Shown piece after piece: positions 1 to 11,600 of a stretch of DNA of 17,685 bases (position 1 is the stretch's first letter; every line of letters starts with the position of its first letter). The notes below the pieces were generated by a model that was not told where the DNA came from, did not search any database, and worked only from the letters and a program-made list of their open reading frames with translations. The DNA is taken from the NCBI GenBank assembly GCA_002269645.1, contig NIVC01005248.1, positions 1-17,685 of the forward strand, read 5' to 3'. The stretch comes from Macrostomum lignano (Eukaryota). The position numbers and the translations under genes were made by a program.

Positions 1-890
1 GGAGTGGCGTCAAGCAGCGGAGCTGTTGGGGGAGCCGCGGTGGGGCAGCGAAGCTGTTGGGAGAAACCGCGGTGGGCAGCGGAGCTGTTGGGGGGGGAAG
101 CCGCGTGGCGCAGCGAAGCTGTTGGGGGAGCCGCGGTGGGCAGCGGAGCTGTTGGGGGAGCCGCGGTGGCAGCGGAGCTGTTTGGGGGAGTGCGTCAAGC
201 ATTCGGAGCTGTTGGGGAGTGGCGTCAGCAGCGGAGCTGTTGGGGGAGCCGCGTGGGCAGCGGAGCTGTTTGAGGGATGGCGTCAAGCAGCGGAACTGTT
301 GGGGGGAGTGGCGTCAAGCGGTGAGCTGTTGGGGGTGGCGTCAAGCAGCGGAGCTGTATGGGGGAGCCGCGTGGGCAAGCGAGCTGTTGGGGAGCCGCGG
401 TGGGCAGTGGAGCTGTTGGGGAGCCGCGGTGGGCAGCGGAGCTGTTGGGGAGTGCGTCAAGCAGCGGAGCTGTTGGGGGAGTGGGCGTCAAGCAGCGGAG
501 CTGTTGGGGGAGCCGCGTGGGCAGCGCGGAGCTGTTGGGGAGTGGCGTCAAGCAGCGGAGCTGTTGGGGGAGTGGCGTCATGCAGCGGAGGTGTTGGGGA
601 GTGGCGTCAAGCAGCGGAGCTGTTGGGGAGCCGCGGTGGGCAGCGGGAGTGTTGGGGGAGTGGCGTCAAGCAGCGGAGCTGTTGGGGGAGCCGCGGTGGG
701 AGCGAAGCTGTTAGGGAAACCGCGGTGGGCAGCGGAGCTGTTTAGGGGAGCCGCGGTGGGCAGCGGAGCGGTTGGGGGAGCCGCGGTGGGCAGCGGAGGT
801 GTTGGGGGAGTGGCGTCAGCATCGGAGCTGTTGGGGGAGTGGCGTCAAGCAGCGGAGCTGTTGGGGGAGCCGCGGTGGGCAGCGGAGCTG

Positions 891-2687
891 TTTGAGGAGT
901 GGCGTCAAAGCAGCGGAACTGTTGGGGAGTGGCGTCAAGCGGTGGAGCTGTTGGGGAGTGGCGTCAAGCAGCGGAGCTGTTGGGGGAGCCGCGGTGGGCA
1001 GCGGAGCTGTTAGGGGAGCCGCGGTGGGCAGCGGAGCGGTTGGGGGAGCCGCGGTGGGCAGCGGAGCTGTTTGGGGGAGTGGCGTCAAGCATCGGAGCTG
1101 TTGGGGGAGTGGCGTCAAGCAGCGGAACTGTTGGGGGAGCCGCGGTGGGCAGCGGAGCTGTTGGAGGAGTGGCGTCAAGCAGCGGAGCTGTTGGGGGAGT
1201 GGCGTCAAGCAGCGGAGCTGTTGGGGGAGCCGCGGTGGGCAGCGGAGCTGTTGGGGGAGTGGCGTCAAGCAGCGGAGCTGTTGGGGGAGCCGCGGTGGGC
1301 AGTGGAGCTGTTGGGGGAGCCGCGGTGGGAAGCGGAGCTGTTGAGGGAGTGGCGTCAAGCAGCGGAGCTGTTGGGGGAGTGGCGTCAAGCAGCGGAGCTG
1401 TTGGGGGCGCCGCGGTAGGCAGCGGAGCTGTTGGGGGAGTGGCGTCAAGCAGCGGAGCTGTTGGGGGGAGCGGCGTCATGCAGCGGAGGCTGTTGGGGAG
1501 TGGCGTCAAGCAGCGGAGCTGTTGGGGGAGCGCGTGGGCAGCGGAGCTGTTGGGGGAGTGGCGTCAAGCAGGGAGCTGTTTGGGGGAGTGCGTCAAGCAT
1601 CGGAGCTGTTGGGGAAGTAGCGTCAAGCAGCGGAACTGTTGGGGGAGCCGCGGTGGGCAGCGGAGCTGTTGGGGGAGCCGCGTGGGCAGCGGAGCTGTTG
1701 GGGGGTGGCGTCAAGCAGCGGAGCTGTTGGGGAGTGCGTCATGCAGCGAGCTGTTGGGGAGTGGCGTCATGCAGCGGAGTGTTGGGGGAGTGGCGTCAAG
1801 CAGCGGAGCTGTTGGGGGAGCCGCGGTGGGCAGCGGAGCTGTTGGGGGAGTGGCGTCAAGCAGCGGAGCTGTTGGGGAGCCGCGGTGGGCAGCGAAGCTG
1901 TTGGGGAAACGCGGTGGGCAGCGGAGCTGTTGGGGGAGCCGCGGTGGGGCAGCGGAGCTGTTGGGGGAGCCGCGGTGGGCAGCGGAGGCTGTTGGGGGAG
2001 CCGCGGTGGCAGCGGAGCTGTTTGGGGGAGTGCGTCAAGCATCGAGCTGTTGGGGGTGGCGTCAAGCAGCGGAGCTGTTGGGGGAGCCGCGGTGGGCAGC
2101 GGAGCTGTTGAGGAGTGGCGTCAAGCAGCGAACTGTTGGGGGAGTGGCGTCAAGCGGAGGTGTTGGGGAGTGGCGTCAAGCAGCGAGCTGTTGGGGAGCC
2201 GCGTGGCAGCGAAGCTGTTCGGGGAGCCGCGGTGGGCAGTGGAGCTGTTGGGGGAGCCGCGGTGGGCAGCGGAGCTGTTGGGGAGTGGCGTCAAGCAGCG
2301 GAGCTGTTGGGGGAGTGGCGTCAAAGCAGCGGAGCTGTTGGGAGCCGCGGTGGGCAGCGGAGCTGTTGGGGAGTGGCGTCAAGCAGCGGAGCTGTTGGGG
2401 AGTGGCGTCATGCAGCGGAGGTGTTGGGGGAGTGGCGTCAAGCAGCGGAGCTGTTGGGGAGCCGCGGTGGGCAGCGGAGGTGTTGGGGGAGTGGCGTCAA
2501 GCAGCGGAGCTGTGGGGGAGCCGCGGTGGGCAGCGAAGCTGTGGGAAGCGTGGGCAGCGGAGCTGTTGGGGGAGCGCGCGGTGGGCAGCGGAGCTGTTTG
2601 GGGGAGTGGCGTCAAGCATCGGAGCTGTTGGGGGAGGTGGCGTCAAGCAGCGGAGCTGTTGGGGGAGCCGCGGTGGGCAGCGAGCTG
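891..2687. repeat. ~1.8 kb segment closely related to 8338-10204 (partial extra copy of the start of the super-unit)
   Basis: The rare monomer GGGGGCGCCGCGGTAGG occurs at 1403 and 8842, and G(A)AGTAGCG at 1618 and 9058, both at an offset of about 7440. Landmark spacings are 1217/580 versus 1206/661. Confidence 0.75.
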
Positions 2688-5600
2688 TTTGAGGAGTGGC
2701 GTCAAGCAGCGGAACTGTTGGGGGAGTGGCGTCAAGCGGTGGAGCTGTTGGGAGGAGTGGCGTCAAGCAGCGGAGCTGTTGGGGGAGCCGCGTGGGCAGC
2801 GGAGCTGTTGGGGAGCCGCGGTGGGCAGCGGAGCGGTTGGGGAGCCGCGGTGGGCAAGCGAGCTGTTTGGGGAGTGGCTCAAGCATCGGAGCTGTTGGGG
2901 GAGTGGCGTCAAGCAGCGGAACTGTTGGGGGAGCCGCGGTGGGCAGCGGAGCTGTTGGAGGAGTGGCGTCAAGCAGCGGAGCTGTTGGGGGAGTGGCGTC
3001 AAGCAGCGGAGCTGTTGGGGGAGCCCCGGTGGGCAGCGGAGCTGTTGGAGGAGTGGCGTCAAGCAGCGAGCTGTTGAGGGAGTGGCGTCAATGCAGCGGA
3101 GGTGTTGGGGAGTGGCGTCAAGCAGCGGAGCTGTTGGGGGAGCCGCGGTGGGCAGCGGAGCTGTGGGGGTGGCGTCAAGCAGCGGAGCTGTTTGGGGAGT
3201 GGCGTCAAGCATCGGAGCTGTTGGGGAGTAGCGTCAAGCAGCGGAAACTGTTGGGGGAGCCGCGTGGCAGCGGAGCTGTTGGGGAGCCGCGGGCAGCGGA
3301 GCTGTTGGGGAGTGCGTCAAGCAGCGAGCTGTTGGGGAGTGGCGTCATGCAGCGGAGCTGTTGGGGAGTGGCGTCATGCAGCGGAGGTGTTGGGGAGTGG
3401 CGTCAAGCAGCGGAGCTGTTGGGGGAGCCGCGGTGGGCAGCGGAGCTGTTGGGGAGTGGCGTCAAGCAGCCGAGCTGTTGGGGGAGCCGCGGTGGGACAG
3501 CGAAGCTGTTGGGGAACCGCGGTGGGCAGCGGAGCTTTTGGGGGAGCCGCGGTGGGCAGCGGAGCTGTTGGGGGAGCCGCGGTGGGCAGCGGAGCTGTTG
3601 GGGGAGCCGCGGTGGGCAGCGGAGCTGTTTGGGGGAGTGGCGTCAAGCATCGGAGCTGTTGGGGAGTGGCGTCAAGCAGCGGAGCTGTTGGGGGAGCCGC
3701 GGTGGGCAGCGGAGCTGTTTGAGGAGTGGCGTCAAGCAGCGGACTGTTGGGGGAGTTGGCGTCAAGCGGTGGAGCTGTTGGGGAAGTGGCGTCAAGCAGC
3801 GGAGCTGTTGGGGAGCCGCGGTGGGCAGCGAGCTGTTGGGGGAGCCGCGGTGGGCAGTGGAGCTGTTGGGGGAGCCGCGGTGGATCAGCGGAGCTGTTGG
3901 GGGAGTGCGTCAAGCAGCGGAGCTGTTGGGGGAGCCGCGGTGGCAGCGAGCTGTTGGGGAGTGGCGTCATGCAGCGGAGCTGTTGGGGAGTGGCGTCATG
4001 CAGCGGAGGTGTTGGGGGAGTGGCGTCAAGCAGCGGAGCTGTTGGGGGAGCCGCGGTGGGCAGCGGAGGTGTTGGGGAGTGGCGTCAAGCAGCGGGAGCT
4101 GTTGGGAGCCGCGGTGGGCAGCGAAGCTGTTGGGGAAACCGCGGTGGGCAGCGGAGCTTGTTTGGGGGAGCCGCGGTGGGCAGCGAGCGGTTGGAGGGCG
4201 TGGGCAGCGGAGCTGTTGGGGGAGCCGCGTGGGCAGCGGAGCTGTTTGGGGGAGTGGCGTCAAGCATCGGAGCTGTTGGGGGAGTGGCGTCAAGCAGCGG
4301 AGCTGTTGGGGGAGCCGCGGTGGGCAGCGGAGCTGTTTGAGGAGTGGCGTCAAGCAGCGGAACTGTTAGGGGGGTTGGCGTCAAGCATTGGAGCTGTTGG
4401 GGGAGTGGCGTCAAGCAGCGGAGCTGTTGGGGGAGCCGCGGTGGGCAGCGGAGCGGTTGGGGGAGCCGCGTGGGCAGCGGACGGTTGGGGAGCCGCGGTG
4501 GGCAGCGGAGCTGTTTGGGAGTGGCGTCAAGCATCGGAGCTGTTGTGGGAGTGGCGTCAAGCAGCGGAAACTGTTGGGGGAGCCGCGGTGGGCAGCGGAG
4601 CTGTTGGAGGAGTGGCGTCAAGCAGCGGAGCTGTTGGGGGAGTGGCGTCAAGCAGCGGAGCTGTTGGGGAGCCGCGGTGGGCAGCGGAGCTGTTGGGGAG
4701 TGGCGTCAAGCAGCGGAGCTGTTGGGGGAGCCGCGGTGGGCAGTGAGCTGTGGGGGAGCCGCGCGTGGGCAGCGGAGCTGTTGGGGGAGTGGCGTCAAGC
4801 AGCGGAGCTGTTGGGGAGTGGCGTCAAGCAGCGGAGCTGTTGGGGGAGCCGCGGTGGGCAGCGGAGCTGTTGGGGGAGTGGCGTCAAGCAGCGGAGCTGT
4901 TGGGGGAGCCGCGGTGGGCAGCGAAGCTGTTGGGGAAACCGCGGTGGGCAGCGGAGCTGTTTGGGGGAGCCGCGGTGGGCAGCGGAGCTGTTGGGGGAGC
5001 CGCGGTGGGCAGCGGAGCTGTTGGGGGAGTGGCGTCAAGCAGCGGAGCTGTTGGGGGAGTGGCGTCATGCAGCGGAGCTGTTGGGGGAGTGGCGTCATGC
5101 AGCGGAGCTGTTGGGGGAGTGGCGTCAAGCAGCGGAGCTGTTGGGGGAGCCGCGGTGGGCAGCGGAGCTGTTGGGGGAGTGGCGTCAAGCAGCGGAGCTG
5201 TTGGGGAGCCGCGGTGGGCAGCGAAGCTGTTGGGGAAACCGCGGTGCAGCGGAGCTGTTTGGGGGAGCCGGCGGTGGGCAGCGGAGCTGTTGGGGGAGCG
5301 CGGTGGGCAGCGGAGCTGTTGGGGGAGCCGCGCGTGGGCAGCGGAGCTTTTTGGGGAGTGGCGTCAAGCATCGGAGCTGATTGGGGGAGTGGCGTCAAGC
5401 AGCGGAGCTGTTGGGGGAGCGCGGTGGGCAGCGAGCTGTTTGAGGAGTGGCGTCAAGCAGCGGAACTGTTGGGGAGTGGCGTCAAGCGGTGGAGCTGTTG
5501 GGGGAGTGGCGTCAAGCAGCGGAGCTGTTGGGAAGAGCCGCGGTGGGCAGCGGAGCTGTTGGGGAGCCGCGGTGGGCAGTGGAGCTGTTGGGGGAGCCAC

Positions 5601-8600
5601 GGTGGGCAGCGGAGCTGTTGAGGGAGTATGGCGTCAAGCAGCGGAGCGTTGGGGGAGTGGCGTCAAGCAGCGGAGCTGTTGGGAGAGCCGCGGTGGGCAG
5701 CGGAGCTGTTGGGGGAGTGGCGTCAAGCAGCGGAGCTGTTGGGGGAGTTGCGTCATGCAGCGGAGGTGTTGGGGGAGTGGCGTCAAGCAGCGGAGCTGTT
5801 GGGGGAGCCGCGGTGGGCAGCGGAGCTGTTGGGGAGAGTGGCGTCAAGCAGCGGAGCTGTTGGGGGAGCCGCGGTGGGCAGCGAAGCTGTTGGGGGAAAC
5901 CGCGGTGGGCAGCGAGCTGTTTGGGGGAGCCGCGGTGGGCAGCGAGAGCGGTTGGGGGAGCCGCGGTGGGCAGCGGAGCTGTTGGGGGAGCCGCGGTGGG
6001 CAGCGGAGCTGTTTGGGGGAGTGGCGTCAAGCATCGGAGCTTTTGGGGGAGTGGCGTCAAGCAGCGGAGCTGTTGGGGAGCCGCGGTGGCAGCAGGAGCT
6101 GTTTGAGAGAGTGGCGTCAAGCAGCGAAACTGTTGGGGGAGTGGCGTCAAGCGGTGGAGCTGTTGGGGGAGTGGCGTCAAGCAGCGGAGCTGTTGGGGGA
6201 GCCGCGGTGGGCAGCGGAGCTGTTGGGGGAGCCGCGGTGGGCAGCGGAGCGGTTGGGGGAGCCGCGGTGGGCAGCGGAAGCTGTTTGGGGAGTGGCGTCA
6301 AGCATTCGGAGCTGTTGGGGAGTGGCGTCAAGCAGCGGAACTGTTGGGGGAGCCGCGGTGGGCAGCGGAGCTGTTGGAGGAGTGGCGTCAAGCAGCGAAA
6401 CTGTTGGGGGAGTGGCGTCAAGCGGCGGAGCTGTTGGGGGAGTGGCGTCAAGCAGCGGAGCTGTTGGGGGAGCCGCGGTGGGCAGCGGAGCTGTTGGGGG
6501 AGCCGCGGTGGGCAGCGGAGCTGTTGGGGGAGTGGCGTCAAGCAGCGGAGCTGTTGGAGGAGTGGCGTCAAGCAGCGGAGCTGTTGGGGGAGCTGCGGTG
6601 GGCAGCGGAGCTGTTGGGGGAGCCGCGGTGGGCAGCGGAGCTGTTGGGGGAGCCGCGGTGGGCAGCGGAGCTGTTTGGGGGAGTGGCGTCAAGCATCGGA
6701 GCTGTTGGGGGAGTGGCGTCAAGCAGCGGAGCTGTTGGGGGAGCCGCGGTGGGCAGCGGAGCTGTTTGAGGAGTGGCGTCAAGCAGCGGAACTGTTGGGG
6801 GAGTGGCGTCAAGCGGTGGAGCTGTTGGGGGAGTGGCGTCAAGCAGCGGAGCTGTTGGGGGAGCCGCGGTGGCAGCGGAGCTGTTGGGGGAGCCGCGGTG
6901 GGCAGTGGAGCTGTTGGGGGAGCCGCGGTGGGCAGCGGAGCTGTGTATGGGGGAGTGGCGTCAAGCAGCGGAGCTGTTGGGGGAGTGGCGTCAAGCAGCG
7001 GAGCTGTTGGGGAGCCGCGGTGGGCAGCGGAGCTGTTGGGGGAGTGGCGTCAAGCAGCGGAGCTGTTGGGGAGTGGCGTCATGCAGCGGAGGTGTTGGGG
7101 GGAGTGCGTCAAGCAGCGGAGCTGTTGGGGAGCCGCGGTGGGCAGCGGAGGTGTTGGGGAGTGGCGTCAAGCAGCGGAGCTGTTGGGGAGCCGCGGTGGG
7201 CAGCGAAGCTGTTGGGGAAACCGCGGTGGCAGCGGAGCTGTTTGGGGGAGCCGCGGTGAGGCGGAGCGGTTGGGGGAGCCGCGGTGGCAGCGGAGCTGTT
7301 GGGGGACCGCGGTGGGACAGCGGAGCTGTTTGGGGAGTGGCGTCAAGCAGCGGAGCTGTTGGGGGAGCCGCGGTGGGCAGCGGAGCTGTTTGAGGAGTGG
7401 CGTCAAGCAGCGGAACTGTTGGGGAGTGGCGTCAAGCGGGTGGAGCTGTTGGGGAGAGTGGCGTCAAGCAGCGGAGCTGTTGGGGGAGCCGCGGTGGGCA
7501 GCGGAGCTGTTGGGGAGCCGCGGTGGGCAGCGGAGCGGTGGGGAGCCGCGGTGGGAGCGGAGCTGTTTGGGGGAGTGGCGTCAAGCATCGGAGCTGTTGG
7601 GGAGTGGCGTCAAGCAGCGGAACTGTTGGGGGAGCCGCGGTGGGCAGCGGAGCTGTTGGAGGAGTGGCGTCAAGCAGCGGAGCTGTTGGGGAGTGGCGTC
7701 AAGCAGCGGAGCTGTTGGGGGAGCCGCGGTGGGCAGCGGAGCTGTTGGGGAGTGGCGTCAAGCAGCGGAGCTGTTGGGGAGCCGCGGTGGGCAGTGGAGC
7801 TGTTGGGGAGCCGCGGTGGGCAGCGGAGCTGTTGGGGGAGTGGCGTCAAGCAGCGGAGCTGTTGGGGGAGTGGCGTCAAGCAGCGGAGCTGTTGGGGGAG
7901 CCGCGGTGGGCAGCGGAGCTGTTGGGGGAGCCGCGGTGGGCAGCGGAGCTGTAGGGGGAGCCGCGGTGGGCAGCGGAGCTGTTGGGGGAGTGGCGTCAAG
8001 CAGCGGAGCTGTTGGGGGAGTGGCGTCATGCAGCGGAGCTGTTGGGGAGTGGCGTCATGCAGCGGAGGTGTTGGGGGAGTGGCGTCAAGCAGCGGAGCTG
8101 TTGGGGGAGCCGCGTGGGCAGCGGAGGTGTTGGGGGGTGCGTCAAGCAAGCGGAGCTGTTGGGGGAGCCGCGGTGGGCAGCGAAGCTGTTGGGGAAACCG
8201 CGGTGGGCAGCGGAGCTGTTGGGGGAGCCGCGGTGGGCAGCGGAGCTGTTTGGGGGAGTGGCGTCAAGCATCGGAGCTGTTGGGGGAGTGGCGTCAAGCA
8301 GCGGAGCTGTTGGGGGAGCCGCGGTGGGCAGCGGAGCTTTTGAGCTGAGGATGGCGTCAAGCAGCGGAACTGTTGGGGAGTGGCGTCAAGCGGTGGAGCT
8401 GTTGGGGAGTGGCGTCAAGCAGCGGAGCTGTTGGGGAGCCGCGGTGGGCAGCGAGCTGTTGGGGGAGCCGCGGTGGGCAGCGGAGCGGTTGGGGGACCGC
8501 GGTGGGCAGCGGAGCTGTTTGGGGGAGTGGCGTCAAGCATCGGAGCTGTGGGGGAGTGGCGTCAAGCAGCGGAACTGTTGGGGAGCCGCGGTGGCAGCGG

Positions 8601-11600
8601 AGCTGTTGGAGGATGCGTCAAGCAGCGGAGCTGTTGGGGGAGTGGCGTCAAGCAGCGGACTGTTGGGGGAGCCCCGGTGGGCAGCGGAGCTGTTGGAGGA
8701 GTGGCGTCAAGCAGCGGAGCTGTTGGGGGAGCCGCGGTGGGCAGTGGAGCTGTTGGGGACCGCGGTGGGCAGCGAGCTGTTGAGGGAGTGGCGTCAAGCA
8801 GCGGAGCTGTTGGGGAGTGGCGTCAAGCAGCGGAAGCTGTTGGGGGCGCCGCGGTAGGCAGCGGAGCTGTTGGGGGAGTGGCGTCAAGCAGCGGAGCTGT
8901 TGGGGGAGTGGCGTCATGCAGCGGAGGTGTTGGGGAGTGGCGTCAAGCAGCGGAGCTGTTGGGGAGCCGCGGTGGGCAGCGGAGCTGTTGGGGGAGTGGC
9001 GTCAAGCAGCGGAGCTGTTTGGGGGAGTGGCGTCAAGCATCGGAGCTGTTGGGGGAGTAGCGTCAAGCAGCGGAACTGTTGGGAGCCGCGGTGGGCAGCG
9101 GAGCTGTTGGGGAGCCGCGGTGGGCAGCGGAGCTGTTGGGGAGTGGCGTCAAGCAGCGGAGCTGTTGGGGAGTGGCGTCATGCAGCGGAGCTGTTGGGGA
9201 GTGGCGTCATGCAGCGGAGGTGTTGGGGAGTGGCGTCAAGCAGCGGAGCTGTTGGGGGAGCCGCGGTGGGCAGCGGAGCTGTTGGGGAGTGGCGTCAAGC
9301 AGCGGAGCTGTTGGGGAGCCGCGGTGGCAGCGAAGCTGTTGGGGAAACCCGCGTGGGCAGCGGAGCTTTTTGGGGGAGCCGCGTGGGCAGCGGAGCTGTT
9401 GGGGGAGCCGCGGTGGGCAGCGAGCTGTTGGGGAGCCGCGGTGGGCAGCGGAGCTGTTTGGGGGAGTGGCGTCAAGCATCGGAGCTGTTGGGGAGTGGCG
9501 TCAAGCAGCGAGCTGTTGGGGAGCCGCGGTGGCAGCGGAGCTGTTTGAGGAGTGGCGTCAAGCAGCGCGGAACTGTTGGGGAGTGGCGTCAAGCGGTGGA
9601 GCTGTTGGGGAGTGGCGTCAAGCAGCGCGAGCTGTTGGGGGAGCCGCGGTGGGACAGCGAAGCTGTTGGGGGAGCCGCGGTGGGCAGTGGAGCTGTTGGG
9701 GGAGCCGCGTGGGACAGCGGAGCTGTTGGGGGAGTGGCGTCAAGCAGCGGAGCTGTTGGGGGATGGCGTCAAGCAGCGGAGCTGTTGGGGGAGCCGCGGT
9801 GGGCAGCGGAGCTGTTGGGGAGTGGCGTCATGCAGCGGAGCTGTTGGGGGAGTGGCGTCATGCAGCGGAGGTGTTGGGGGAGTGGCGTCAAGCAGCGGAG
9901 CTGTTGGGGGAGCCGCGGTGGGCAGCGGAGGTGTTGGGGGAGTGGCGTCAAGCAGCGGAGCTGTTGGGGGAGCCGCGGTGCAGCGAAGCTGTTGGGAAAA
10001 CCGCGGTGGGCAGCGGAGCTGTTTGGGGGAGCCGCGGTGGGCAGCGAGCGATTGGGGAGGCCGCGTGGGCAGCGGAGCTGTTGGGAGGAGCCGCGGTGGG
10101 CAGCGGAGCTGTTTGGGGGAGTGGCGTCAAGCATCGGAGCTGTTGGGATGGAGTGCGTCAAGCAGCGGAGCTGTTGGGGAGCCGCGGTGGGACATGCGGA
10201 GCTGTTTGAGGAGTGGCGTCAAGCAGCGGAACTGTTAGGGGGGTTGGCGTCAAGCATTGGAGCTGTTGGGGGAGTGGCGTCAAGCAGCGGAGCTGTTGGG
10301 GGAGCCGCGGTGGGCAGCGGAGCGGTTGGGGGAGCCGCGGTGGGCAGCGGAGCGGTTGGGAGAGCCGCGGTGGGCAGCGGAGCTGTTTGGGGGAGTGGCG
10401 TCAAGCATCGGAGCTGTTGGGGGAGTGGCGTCAAGCAGCGGAACTGTTGGGGGAGCCGCGGTGGGCAGCGGAGCTGTTGGAGGAGTGGCGTCAAGCAGCG
10501 GAGCTGTTGGGGGATGGCGTCAAGCAGCGGAGCTGTTGGGGGAGCCGCGGTGGGCAGCGGAGCTGTTGGGGAGTGGCGTCAAGCAGCGGAGCTGTTGGGG
10601 AGCCGCGGTGGGCAGTGGAGCTGTTGGGGGAGCCAGCGGTGGGCACGAGCTGTTGGGGGAGTGGCGTCAAGCAGCGGAGCTGTTGAGGGTGGCGTCAAGC
10701 AGCGAGCTGTTGGGGAGCCGCGGTGGGCCGCGGAGCTGTTGGGGAGTGGCGTCAAGCAGCGGAGCTGTTGGGGAGCCGCGGTGGGCAGCGAAGCCTGTTG
10801 GGAAACCGCGGTGGGCAGCGGAGCTGTTTGGGGAGCGCGTGGCAGCGGAGCTGTTGGGGAGCCGCGGGGGCAGCGGAGCTGTTGGGGAGTGGCGTCAAGC
10901 AGCGGAGCTGTTGGGGGAGTGGCGTCATGCAGACGGAGCTGTTGGCGGGAGTGGCGTCATGCAGGCGGAGTGTTGGGGAGTGGCGTCAAGCAGCGGAGCT
11001 GTTGGGGAGCCGCGGTGGCAGCGGAGCTGTTTGGGGGAGTGCGTCAAGCAGCGAGCTGTTGGGGGAGCCGGGTGGGCAGCGAAGCTGTTGGGAGAACCGC
11101 GGTGGGCAGCGGAGCTGTTTGGGGGAGCCGCGGTGGGCAGCGGAGCTGTTGGGGAGCCGCGGTGGGCAGCGGAGCTGTTGGGGGAGCCGCGGTGGGCAGC
11201 GGAGCTTTTTGGGGGAGTGGCGTCAAGCATCGGAGCTGTTGGGGGAGTGGCGTCAAGCAGCGGAGCTGTTGGGGGAGCCGCGGTGGGCAGCGAAGCTGTT
11301 TGAGGAGTGGCGTCAAGCAGCGGACTGTTGGGGAGTGGCGTCAAGCGGTGGAGCTGTTGGGGGAGTGGCGTCAAGCAGCGGAGCTGTTGGGAGAGCCGCG
11401 GTGGGCAGCGGAGCTGTTGGGGGAGCCGCGGTGGGCAGTGGAGCTGTTGGGGAGCACGGTGGCAGCGGAGCTGTTGAGGGAGTGGCGTCAAGCAGCGGAG
11501 CCGTTGGGGGAGTGGCGTCAAGCAGCGGAGCTGTTGGGGGAGCCGCGGTGGGCAGCGGAGCTGTTGGGGAGTGGCGTCAAGCAGCGGAGCTGTTGGGGAG

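Noticed and set aside
8338-8356. Apparent small insertion TTTGAGCTGAGGATGG; similar oddities at 6941-6950, 12756-12770 and 13565-13605
   Set aside because: These are singletons not reproduced in the paired copy of the 5.8-kb duplication, so they are most likely basecalling errors.
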